Shown here one piece after another: positions 1 to 11,679 of a stretch of DNA of 64,000 nt. Within the stretch, counting starts at the first letter, position 1, and every line of letters begins with the position of its first letter. Where the stretch lies: positions 992,001 to 1,056,000 of the forward strand of contig CATNEN010000028.1 of NCBI GenBank assembly GCA_950097015.1, given 5' to 3'. The notes under the pieces were generated by a model. That model did not search any database. It worked only from the letters and a program-made list of their open reading frames with translations, and was not told the origin of the DNA. Source of the DNA: Macrostomum hystrix (taxonomy: Eukaryota > Animalia > Platyhelminthes). The position numbers and the translations under genes were made by a program.

Positions 1-13
1 GGACATCAACAAG
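1..13 (+). CDS. Possible 3' end of an exon of an unidentified upstream gene
   Basis: GGACATCAACAAG followed by a strong donor GTGAGG; reads D-I-N-K. Too short to identify. Confidence 0.3.
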
Positions 14-79
14 GTGAGGCTAATAAACATTAAATAGGTATTTCCTTTTTTATTAACTTTAACTGTCCTGAAGGTATTG

Positions 80-1405
80 AGATTGGATTGGATTGAGAAT
101 AGACTGAGATCAGATTGAGAATAGGCTGAAATCAGATTGAGTATAGGCTGAGATTGGATTGAGAATAGACTGAGATCAGATTGAGAATAGGCTGAGATCA
201 GATTGAGTATAGGCTGAGATTGGATTGAGAATAGACTGAGATCAGATTGAGAATAGGCTGAGATCAGAATGAGTATAGGCTGAGATTGGATTGAGAATAG
301 AATGAGATCAGATTGAGAATAGACTGAGATCAGATTGAGAATAGACTGAGATCAGATTGAGAATAGAATGAGATCAGATTGAGTATAGGCTGAGATTGGA
401 TTGAGAATAGAATGAGATCAGATTGAGTATAGGCTGAGATTGGATTGAGAATAGAATGAGATCAGATTGAGAATATACTAAGTTTATATTGAGAATAGAC
501 TGAGATTAGATTGAGAATAGACTGAGGCTGGATTGAGAACATACAGGGATTAGATTGAGAATAGACTGAGATCGGATTGAGAATAGACTGAGATTAAATT
601 GATAATAGACTGAGAATAGACTGTGTTCATATTGAGAATAGACTAAGTTAAGATTGAGAATAGACTAAGTTTAGATTGAGAATAGACTAAGTTAAGATTG
701 AGAATATACTAAGTTAAGATTGAGAATAGACTGAGCTCATATTGAGAATAGATTAAGTTAAGATTGAGAATAGACTAAGTTTAGATTGAGAATTGACTAA
801 ATTTAGATTGAGAATAGACAAAATTAAGATTGAGAATAGACTGAGGCTGGATTAAGAACATACTGAGATTAGATTGAGAATAGGCTTAGATTGGATTGAG
901 AATAGACGGAGATTGGATTGAGATTAGACTGAGATTGGATTGAGAATAGACTGAGATTAGATTGAGAAAAGACTGAGATTGGATTGAGATTAGACTGAGA
1001 TTGGATTGAGAATAGACTGAGATTAGATTGAGAAAAGACTGAGATTGGATTGAGAATAGACTGAGATTAGATTGAGAAAAGACTGAGAACAGGCTGAGAT
1101 CAGATTGAGAAAAGACTGAGATTGGATTGAGATTAGACTGAAATTGGATTGAGAATAGACTGAGATTGGATTGAGATTAGACTAAGATTGGATTGAGAAT
1201 AGACTAAGATTGGATTGAGAATAGACTGAGATTGGATTGAGAATAGACTGAGATTGGATTGAGAATAGACTAAGATTGGATTGAGAATAGACTGAGATTG
1301 GATTGAGATTAGACTGAGATTGGATTGAGATTAGGCTGAGATTGGATTGAGAATAGACTAAGAATGGATTGAGAATAGACTAAGATTGGATTGAGAATAG
1401 ACTGA
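80..1405. repeat. 22-bp satellite (gagattggattgagaatagact; two related 11-bp halves), left arm
   Basis: Continuous variant tandem units seen directly. Confidence 0.95.
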
Positions 1406-1490
1406 CTTGACTTAGCTGCAGGGGGCATCCTTCGGATGCAGCGGGGAGGCGTTGCCGCCCATTCCGCTAGTCCCTGGCGACCACGGGCAA

Positions 1491-4400
1491 CTAAAGCTGC
1501 GGTGTCGCGCAGGGGGATCCGGTGATGCCGGCGTCCGCAGCGCGGTCCTCCTCCGGAGAGTCCAGGAGGTGGAGGGTTGCTCGCCCGGTGGCCCTTAGGT
1601 AACGGACGAGCTGGCAGATGTTTTCAGGCCTTAAAACGTCGGGCAGATCCGGGTTTGGGCCGAGATAGGTGAGCCTGTCCTGAGTGAAGGCGGGATGTCC
1701 TGATTTGCAGTCGCAAATAAAATGCTCTGCATCCTCAACATAGGCGAGGCAGAAGGGGCATTCCTCACTGCGGATTTTGCCTTGCAGGAAGCGGTGCCTG
1801 GCTAAACAGCCGTGGCCAGAGAGGGCCATGGTGACTGCCCTGATGTCCCTGCGGTTAAGCCCAAGCAAGGCTTTGCGAAGGGCAGTAGAGGGACAAGGGA
1901 CAGCAGCGCGAGACTACCGACAATCGGCAGTATCGATCCATCTGTCCTTGTGCTTTGAGGCCACCCACTGGTTAATCCGAGTGTTGACGACGGCGGTAGG
2001 GGTGGAGACCGCAGGAACGGGGCCAAAAAGCGAACCCGTCGAACCGGCCTTGGCGAGGCTGTCGGCCAATTCGTTGCCGGGGTGACCAGAGTGCCCTGGA
2101 ATCCACCTTAGGGACACCTTGTTGTGGGCCCCTAAGCGGTTGAGTTGCGCGACGCAGTCGAGGACTGTGCACGAGCAGGTGTGCGTGCGTCCAAGGGCAT
2201 GGATCGCCGCCTGGCTGTCCGAGTGGAGGAAGATTTCTGCTCCGTGGACATTTTGATTGATCAGCTCCAGGGCGCAGGAGCTGATGGCGAGAACTTCGTT
2301 CTGGAAAACGGTAGAGTTTATGCCGGTGTGCTGGGAGAAGGTCGCCACAGTTTTCCCTCCGGACATAATGCAGTAGCCGAAACCAGAGACCGAGTTGATT
2401 TGCGAACCGTCGGTGAAGCAGTGAATTTCACGGGGTTGGCCGTGGTCACGTACTTCCTGGCGAGGCGGAATGCTGGTTTTGAATTTGAGCGGTGGGCACA
2501 GCGTCGACGGGATTCCGTCTGAGAGAATTTTGAGACCTCCTGCTGCGTCCAGGTCACGTAGGCTGAGGTCGCCATGGGGCTGGAGGTTCCGCTTGCTGAA
2601 GGCAAGTTGCTTCCGGATGGAGACGCCCGCGTCCAGAAGACGACGAGCCGTCTTCATCGCTTCCCCTTTGATAAAAGATCTAAAGGGGGAAGGTCCAGGA
2701 AGGCATTCATGCCAGCGAAGGGAGTGGAGGGTGCCGCACTCATGATTGCTCGACAAGCACGGCCCTGCACCTTGTTTAGGACCTCCAAGACCCCTTTGGT
2801 CTCCAGGGCACTATTCCAGATGAAGCCGGCAAAAGAGATGGCCGGTCTTACAATGGTAGTGTAAATCCACCAGAGACGGCGGGGGGTGAGGCCCCAGGTG
2901 GCACCGAAGGCTCTGCGGATCTGCGCGAGCGTCGCAAGAGCTTTGCGAGTTTTGAGTTTGACGTGAGGTGTCCAGCTCAACCTGTGGTCGAGGATGACAC
3001 CCAAGCATCTAGTTTGCTTCTCCATGGCGATGGGTTTGTCATAGAGTAGAAGAGGCTCAATCCTCCAGTTTCGTTTGCTGGTGAACATAATGGCGACGGT
3101 CTTGGACTCAGAGAGTTTGAGGCCGCAGCTATGAGCCCAGCGCTCGGCACGGTGGATGAAAGCTTGCAAACGGTCTCTAAGGACCGGGGGAGACGGTCCG
3201 GCCACGGTGGCGGTGACGTCGTCAGCATCGCCGATTTTTGGACCGGGTCCGGGTCAGGGCTGCAGAGCAGCTCGTCCATGACAAGGTTCCAAAGGATCGG
3301 ACTGAGAACGCCACCCTGCGGGCCTCCCTTCTGGACTTTCACAGAGCGGGAGTGGCCAAGCAGTTGCGAGGTGGCAGTTCGGTGAGAGATCATATACATG
3401 ATCCAGCGGGTGAGGTGCTCGTGCGCAGCCCGGCGTTCCAGGGCTCGCCTAAATTCGGCTCCGAAGAGCACATTGTCGAAGGCACCATCAATGTCGAGGA
3501 AAAGCGAGAGAGCAAAACCGGTGCCAAGCACGGCGCGCTCCAGCTTGTCGACAATGGCATGCAGAGCACTTTCGATGGAGCGTCCGGATCGAAAGGCGTG
3601 CTGGTTGGCGGAGAGCGGGGAGTTCCTCAGCTCAGCGTGAAGGCGGCGCCAAAGAACTAGCCTTTCAAGCAGCTTAAGAAAGAAAGATGTTAAGCTGATG
3701 GGGCGGAAGGCTTTGGCGGAATGGTAGTGTCCCTTCCCAGGCTTGGGGATGAAGACGATGGTGGCTTCCTGCCAAGACATGGGTACGTACCCGAGGGTGA
3801 TGCATGCCTTGAACAGGTTGCAGAGGAGGCCGAGGAACCTGTCATTTTTCACCGCTTCATGTAGGAAGGCGGGGTAAATGTTGTCAGGTCCAGGCGACTT
3901 AAAAGGAGAGAAGGAATTAGCAGCGCGAGCTGTCCGTTCTCTAGTGATAATGGTGGTCGCAAGGATGTGTCCGCCCGGAGTGTGGTCCGGCGGGTCCTGA
4001 AGCGGCGCGGTCCGGGGGCGAGCATGATGTCCAGCGATTCGCCAGGATTCTCAGCAAGCCGGCCGTCCGGTCTTTTGATCACTGAGAGCTTCGACATTTT
4101 GTCAAGAGTGAGCGCTTTTACAACGCGAGAGGTTGGGCGGGCGCCCTCCAGCTCGGAGCAGTATTGGCGCCACTTTTCGGACTTCGCTTTCCTGGTGTCA
4201 CGCTTAAAGTCGCGAATCGCATTCTGGTAGGCGGTCAGGTCAGCTGGGTCCTTGCTTTTTCGCGCAATCCGCTGGAGGGATTTGGCCTTGCGCCGGAGGG
4301 TTCCAAGCGCTGGGTTCCACCAGGGAGCGGATTTTTCGCCTTTGTAGGCTTTAAGGGGGCAAGAGGTTTCATGAGCTGTCAGGATGGTCGTGCTGAGTGT

Positions 4401-5199
4401 AGTGAGCGAGAAGTCAGCCCGTGTCAATTCCACTTAATGATCAGCTAGGCAGGTGGCAGGTGGCAGGAACAACGGATTCTAACTGGTTGGTCTGGCGCTT
4501 CACGGATTCCGCAAAGGCCGTCCAGTCAGTATTCCGGGCGTTCCTTTTCCACAGAATACCAGGCTTGGAGTAGGAGCTTAGCAACCGGAAGCGAATGAAG
4601 CGATGGTCAGACAGAGATTCTTCTTCGTCCCACACCTGCCAGTCCCTGATCAGAGGGATCAGGCCCTGAGAGGCGAGGGTGGCGTCAAGGACCTCCGTCC
4701 ATCGTCCATTGTCAAAAGTGGGTGTGCCATCCGAGTTGCAGAACTCAATATTGGTGGTGCAGATGTAGGCAAGGAGATCCTCGCCTCTGCAGTTTGAAGT
4801 AACACTGCCCCAGTGGGTGTGGTGGGCATTTATGTCGCCTGCCACCAGCAGCTCAAAATCGCGGTCTGAGCAGTAGTCCACGAGGGAAGTGAGACTGGGC
4901 GGAACCGCAGGACCGTCACCAGGAATGTAGATAGAGGCGATGATGACGGTGCGGTTCGGGAGAATGTGGTTGGTCTATGGTCTATGCCAAGCTTTGAGAT
5001 CGGTAGTCGCGAACACAGCAGCCCTGGGGTTTTGGGGCATGAAAAAACAGTCAAAACCTGCAGGAATGTTCGGAATCTTACCTTTCTTCGTCCAGGGCTC
5101 CTGGAGGAGGATGATGCCCGGTTTTACGAAGTCCACCACACGCGCCAGGTTGGTCGAGGCCGCGATGCAGTGGTGCAGGTTCAGCTGCAGGAAGCTCAC
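1491..5199 (-). pseudogene. Retrotransposon ORF2 (endonuclease / reverse transcriptase / RNase H / zinc knuckle), broken by several frameshifts
   Basis: APE: SFLQLNLHHC..LLQEPW, VAGDINAHH..WGS, SDHRFI (5199-4441). RT: FRPISLTS, FLDIDGAFDN, QGGVLSPILWN, then frameshifted KIGDADDV at the YADD position (3852-2654). RNase H: FTDGS, VFQNEVLAI, SDSQAAI, WIPGH..GNELADSLAK (~2430-2040). C-terminal [20 protein letters not shown] (1868-1491). Confidence 0.92.
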
Positions 5200-5234
5200 T
5201 CCAGAAGGGGCGGTCCGTGCGGCTACCTGCTGGC

Positions 5235-5738
5235 CTACTGCGAGTTGTTCAGGAGAGATTCCTCGTCCTCGCCGGTGTTAAGCCCGAGCTCCATCGGTTC
5301 CTCCTGAATCGGATCCAGTGCCGAGGCCGGGGCTGCCGCAATAGCGGAGTCCGTATCCTCAGCCCGGTTTTCCGCCGGGGGTTCCGATGAGACATTGGGC
5401 CGGGGGGTGCTGCGGTGGCATCCTCTGTTGGGGTCCGGCAGCTGTTTGGCGCGCTGAGTCAGGCCAGTGCGGATGGTGCTGCTGGTGGGTTTCCGGCCCT
5501 GACCATGTCCGCCTGTCGCTGCGGCTCTCGCGGCTTTGCCCCTGATAGGATCCGCATCCTCGGAGTGGTCGTGACGGTCAGGAGTCTGTGTTCCAGGGCG
5601 CAGGGGCCCGGCAGAGCTCTGATTCGTCCGTTTCCGCTTTTCCGGGGGCGGCGGGCGAGTGGCGTCGGACTCGAAGCTGAAGATCTGCATTCGAGTGAGA
5701 CATGCACTGATGTAGGACATGTCTGGGCAGCGGAGCAT
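5235..5738 (-). CDS. Putative retrotransposon ORF1 (short, basic/acidic, low complexity)
   Basis: 167-aa ORF ending just upstream of ORF2, with a KRKR basic patch. No CCHC knuckle seen; the call is positional only. Confidence 0.45.
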   Translation of the reverse strand: MLRCPDMSYISACLTRMQIFSFESDATRPPPPEKRKRTNQSSAGPLRPGTQTPDRHDHSEDADPIRGKAARAAATGGHGQGRKPTSSTIRTGLTQRAKQLPDPNRGCHRSTPRPNVSSEPPAENRAEDTDSAIAAAPASALDPIQEEPMELGLNTGEDEESLLNNSQ

Positions 5739-6283
5739 CCAGCTGTCCGACAGTCCTAGAATCCGGCTGGATATACTCCCCGGACCTTTCAGCCCCTCAG
5801 CGCGGTGAGACCTTAGGCATAAGAGGGCACCTAGAGCAGTGCCAGGCCCGCAGACTTGCTGCGTACCCTGTTAAGGTCGAAGGGTGACACCTGTTCCACC
5901 AGCCGTAGCCAGAGGTACCTGATCACGCACAGGTGCACGAACGCTGCGGACTGGCCGCATACCCTGTTAAGGTCAAAGGGTGACACCTTTCCCTCCAGCC
6001 AGGGCTAGAGGTACCCAGTTTGGCCAGAGGCCCTGGATGGGTCATCCAGCGCTGTTGCCCATTCTGTCCGGCTACCCTAGGGTCAGCCTTGAACACTCGC
6101 GGGACGTGTACCCATGGGTCAGCTGACGGGACAGCGTGGAGGGATTCCTGCACACGAAGGCACAGGGCTCCTTCCTGCCAAGCCTGCTCAAAAAGCGACT
6201 GCAGGTGTGAGGCATCGCAGACCTTAGCCCGTGGGCCTGGACTGACTCATACCTCACAGGCGTTGTGTCCCGCCGGTGCGAGC

Positions 6284-6665
6284 GAGAATAGACTGAGATT
6301 AGATTGAGAAAAGACTGAGATTGGATTGATAATAGACTGAGAATGGACTGAGTTCATATTGAGAATAGACTAAGTTTAGATTGAGAATAGACTAAGTTTA
6401 GATTGAGGATAGACTGAGGCTGGATTGAGAACATACTGAGATTAGATTGAGAATAGGCTTAGATTGGATTGAGAATAGACGGAGATCAGATTGAGAAAAG
6501 ACTGATATTGGATTGAGATTAGACTGAGAACAGGCTGAGATCAGATTGAGAATAGACTGAGATCAGATTGAGAATAGACTGAGATCAGATTGAGAATAGA
6601 CTGAGATCAGATTGAGAATAGACTGAGATCAGATTGAGAATAGACTGAGATCAGATTGGAAATAG
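6284..6665. repeat. 22-bp satellite, right arm
   Basis: Same unit as 80-1405. Confidence 0.95.
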
Positions 6666-7939
6666 GTAAGAGTTTGATAAAATCCGGACCATTTGTCCAG
6701 GGCCTAAGAGCAGATCTAGAACTTCTATTAATCCGAAAAGCAATGCAAAGCTAGGCATTGCTTTAAGACAATAATTTCCACGATATGCAACAGGCCCTAA
6801 AAATACGCAAAGTTGAGTCCTGTCATCATTCTCGGCATCTCTGAACCAGAAGGTAGTCGCAGGGATTGCAGAAGACTAAAAAATGCCTTTAATTCTCGCA
6901 TACAAACTGATAGATATTGATTAGTCAGTAATCTGCTTGAAAGCCACACTGGAAACCCAACATATTGGACTGTGTAGTATAGGGCATTGCGTTGTTCAAC
7001 CTAATTATCCAATCCTTTATCCATCGCCAGTTTTAGCGAGTTCGTCCTGGTTTGGGCACTGAAGCCCCTCGGTCAGTTGCCCAGACCCAACCCCCTGTCT
7101 TCCCCTATATTTATCTCTGCTCTTTTTAACGTAGCATTTTTTAAATCAGAAAATTTACATTTAATTCTGCTGTGTAATTGAATTTCGAAATATTCTACTG
7201 ACACTACTGATTTGCGAGTGGGCGGTAGTATTGCTGGGGTTGCTAAATTATTAATATTTTTAGTGTACGAACTATGAAATTCTTATGCAAAATCGAGTAA
7301 CTTCATCGGGTACACAGATAGGCCGCCTTTTAAATAGATTTCGCCTATTTTCTTTGAAATTAAAGGCTTTGAACGGACGGGCGGATTTGAATTACCATCG
7401 TGTTCTTTTCCTAGGGGGAAAATGGCGTGGTGTTTCTACTGTAAATATTTGTTACATTTTAAACTGACATCATGATAACAGTTAACCTACGTTACATTCT
7501 AAAAGGCTGGTGTGAGCAATCCAGCTGGCTGTATCGGGTTTCCAGTTTTATAGGTAAGAAATAAATCAAGCCCAGAGGCGAGGACCTCGACTCGAGCCAG
7601 GATTCAGATGGTCGGTGAAGTGGCTTGGACTGCCCCGACAAAATCAGGGGTTAGGGGAGGGGGAGGGGAGTTTTCATGCATACCAAATGCCTTTTCTTCG
7701 ATCCCTCAGTATGGTTTGCAGGTTGGTTACAATTCTATCTGCCTGCATATTGAGAATTTCTACACGCTATAGCTGATAGTATGTGTCAATCAATATAATG
7801 TGGGAAATTTTCCACTGTTCTTCCATGGGCCGTGCTAAATCAGCTTAGGAAATACAGCTATTGTTTCTGCTTTTCGTGACCGACTCGACACGGGCAGACA
7901 TGATCTGCCCGTTTCTTTGCTTGTAAATTTATCTATCCA

Positions 7940-8340
7940 GTCACTCTCCGGGTCACTCTCCTTGCAACCCCCGAGTCACTCTTCTCGAGTCACACTCCGA
8001 GTCACTCTCCCCGAGTCACACTCCGAGTCACTCTCCCCGAGTCACACTCCGAGTCACTCTCCCCGAGTCACACTCCGAGTCACTCTCCGTGTAACCCCGC
8101 CGAGTCACTCTCCCCGAGTCACACTCCGAGTCACTCTCCCCGAGTCACACTCCGAGTCACTCTCCGTGTAATCCCGCCGAGTCACTCTCCCTGAGTCACA
8201 CTCCGAGTCACGCTCCGAGTCACTCTCCCCGAGTCACATTCTGAGTCACTCTCCCGGAGTCACTCTCCCTGAGTCACACTCCGAGTCACACTCCGAGTCA
8301 CTCTCTGAGGCACTCCCCCTTTCACCCTCCGTGTCACTCT
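7940..8340. repeat. Minisatellite of 12- and 14-bp subunits (ccgagtcacact / ccgagtcactctcc)
   Basis: Tandem units seen directly. Confidence 0.9.
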
Positions 8341-9189
8341 TATTTCGCCAACTCGCGGCATATTTCTCCCAGTCTGTCTGTCCATCTGTCTCATCCAGTT
8401 CTGTCCCATCCCATTATGTTTCCATTAAAATTTTAGCATTTGAAAAAGCTGACATGCAGGGTGGTTAAAATTTTGCTAAAGAACAGTAGAACGGAAAGAG
8501 CGAGTCATGGCTCAATTTCGCACACACACAACTAGCTGCAACTTTTTGCTCAATCATAAGTCCATCCCATTTTTCTATCCCTCACACTCCCCCTTCCCCT
8601 AAGACCCAAATCTATATACCTTTTATCCCAAAAATACCCCAGCTTAGTGAGCCGAGAGCAGATAGCATTTGTTCGACGGATAGCCGGACGAGAAAATTTT
8701 ATCTATATCTTTTTTGCATTTCAACACGGGCACGGCACGGCAATATATGCTGGCGAGGAGGATAGGGAGAAAAATCCCTTCGAGGTAAAATGATAAAGCT
8801 TATATCTGGATACAAGCTCGCCTCGTTCACGTGGGGTTCGCTTTTAATCCACTAAGATCTCTAACTCAACTCCCCGTTCAACTTTCTCTTCCCCAAAGAG
8901 ATTTCTTATCTCGCACAATATCCACATACACTCCTGCTAGGGCCTGACTCGTCTCCACTTGTTTCGACTCCACGCGAACTGCGCGCACAGTATTTGCACT
9001 TTTACGAGTATTTGGCCTCAGCAACCAAAAACACGCGACCAGGCCAACTAACTCCTATTGATAGCAATATAGCCGTTCAGATAACTAGCATAGACTCAAA
9101 CTTAGCAATTTGAGTGTTTTTAAACTGTTTTGCTCAGACATTTTGCTAAGGGATAATAGGATTCAAAAACATCTAGTAGGATATAATGA

Positions 9190-9378
9190 TCCTAGTAGAG
9201 AGTAGAGAGAATGTAGAGTAGAGAGAAGAGTTGAGAGTAGAGTTGAGAGTGGAGTTGAGAGTAGAGTTGAGAGTGGAGTTGAGAGTAGAGTAGAGAGTAG
9301 AGAGTAGAATAGAGAGTGGAGTAGAGAGTAGAGAGTAGAGTAGAGAGTAGAGTTGAGAGTAGAGTAGAGAGTAGAGTC
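9190..9378. repeat. Degenerate (AGAGT)n-type simple repeat
   Basis: Seen directly. Confidence 0.85.
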
Positions 9379-10303
9379 AAATGTGGGTAGCGCTGAGACT
9401 GTAAATATAATTTCAAACAATAAAAGCAGAAAACATGTATTAGTCCAATCGTCCAGTCACGTGTTGCTCGGCCCCGGAAAGCTGAACGATAATAGTACAT
9501 TGTTTCAGTCACAATCCTGCCTCTCTATCTGCCGTATCAACAAATAACCCCCCATTGTCAAATAAACCGATTTCCGCATACCTCCATATCCTAGTCAAAC
9601 TCCTATTCGTCCATCCCATATCGCTTTGGCAAAGTTTGCCAAGAAAATTTCCCCGCTTTTTAAGAAAGGTGAGCGACAGAAACAGACAGCCAGACAGGCG
9701 GGCGGGCGGGCAAAATAAGTGTGCCCTCATTTTCCCTGATTACATTTTAGCCTACGCGGGAGTAGCGCCGGTAGCAGTACAGTCTGAACTGAACTGAATG
9801 AGGGATCAAAATAACGGCAAAACTGTTTCTGGGGGTAGCATTGGAGACCGCCCAGACACAACTGGACTTGGCGGTGAGAGAATGAAAAATAGGAGAGGGA
9901 AGAGAGGGAAGAGAGGCGATTTTTAGGAGAGAAGGGGATTTAGGAGGCCGACCTAAGGAAGGTGGCGGTAGAGGCGGTGGTGGTGGAGGAAAGGAATACG
10001 GGCCGTGCCAGGCCGTGCAGGGTAGAAGGGGCAGCGGATGCAGGGCGATAGGCGGCAAGGAAAATAGTGAACCCCTGTCTCATTGGTCCGAGTCGGCCTG
10101 TTTTTCTGGGTTGCTGTTTGGGAAGCCGTGGAGTCAGGGCGGAGGGAGGAAGGGGGCGAATTTTTGGGGAATTATTAGGACAGCCTTCGCAACGCTAGTC
10201 TCCGTCCCTAGCTACTCAGAATACAAGCTGGTTGTTCACTGTGGAAAAACAGCCCCGATACTGAAAATCTGAAAATTATTTCAAGAGGCGAGTTGAAGAG
10301 AAA

Positions 10304-10592
10304 ATGTCAGGACAGGATAGGCGCGGCAAAAATGAGGCAGCCGATCTGGTTGAAGAAGACGAAGAACCCAGTCCGGAGTATGATGTGCCGCATCGGGGCC
10401 CCCATTCTGCAGCTGCGGCTTCCTCGGCCAAGGCTGCTCCGCCGCCGCCGCCTCTGACTCATCATCAGCAGAAGCAGCACCTGCAGCAGCACCTGAGGCA
10501 GAAGCTACAGTCGCAGACGTCAGCCGGCGGAGGCTCCACTAGCGGTGCCAGAGGGCAGCACACGCTGATCATAGGAGCCGACAAAGAAGGGG
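10304..10592 (+). CDS. STOM: Stomatin/MEC-2-family protein, probable exon 1 (low-complexity N-terminus)
   Basis: ATG at 10304; G|GTAAAA donor in phase 1 matches the next exon. No homology in this part, so it is less certain than the SPFH exons. Confidence 0.6.
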
Positions 10593-10621
10593 GTAAAATG
10601 TCACCTTGAAGAGGGACTGGG

Positions 10622-10996
<375 letters not shown>

Positions 10997-11464
10997 CAGA
11001 TAAATCAGAAAAGGATTCATCATGGCCATGAGCGGAATTTCGGGGGGCAGGGGAAGCGGAGGAGACAGTGAGAACAGATAGGGAAGACGGTGGCGACACT
11101 GTTGGGAATTAATTGAATAAATAACCTGTCCAGTGAACCGGGCAACCGTCAAACCTGCAGCCCCTTCTGCTCCGCTTCCTCTTTGCCTTCCTTCTGGCGC
11201 ATTTTTTTCCTTTTGCTTCTAAAAGACCGACAGCGGCAAGACAAGGCACTGTCTCTGCTTCCCAGACTCAGACTGTTAGAATGAAGCAACTCTAAAAGGG
11301 GCAGGAAGATGGATGGAGTATCTCTGCCCTCCTTTTTTCCTTTTTTATTTTCCTATTTTGCTTTGGGCTTTGAACTTCAGCTGGCTAGCTCACTGCTTTT
11401 GCTAATCAAATTGTTTTTAGTTGAAGAAGCGACCAAAGTTTTACTATTATCTATCTTCCTTCAG

Positions 11465-11571
11465 ACACGAAGGACACCGACGGCTTTGGCATCTGCGGCT
11501 GGGTGCTAACCTTCTTCTCCTATTTCATCGTTGGGATCACCTTCCCTATGTCTATGTTTGTCTGCTTAAAG
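11465..11571 (+). CDS. STOM: Stomatin exon 2 (membrane hairpin)
   Basis: DTKDTDGFGICGWVLTFFSYFIVGITFPMSMFVCLK; AG/GT boundaries. Confidence 0.92.
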
Positions 11572-11679
11572 GTAACCGGCTCTCTGTACTGTTGTATTGT
11601 ATATGTTCGTGCATCAACTATAGAAATTGAAAAAGTTCGTTAAAGTACATTACTAAACCAACACCGATCATCTGTTCAG

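Larger units (their letters stand above)
1406..6283 (-). mobile_element. Non-LTR retrotransposon, APE-type with RNase H (R1/LOA-like), probably near full length but disrupted
   Basis: The minus strand encodes, in order, APE, RT, RNase H and a CCHC motif. The satellite resumes on both sides with gagaatagactga at 1393-1405 and 6284-6296 (possible 13-bp TSD). Short (AAGTC)2 3' tail. Clade assignment rests on domain order and motif resemblance, not a tree. Confidence 0.93.

Noticed and set aside
1777-5759. Plus-strand ORFs overlapping the retrotransposon
   Set aside because: Antisense shadows of GC-rich coding sequence.
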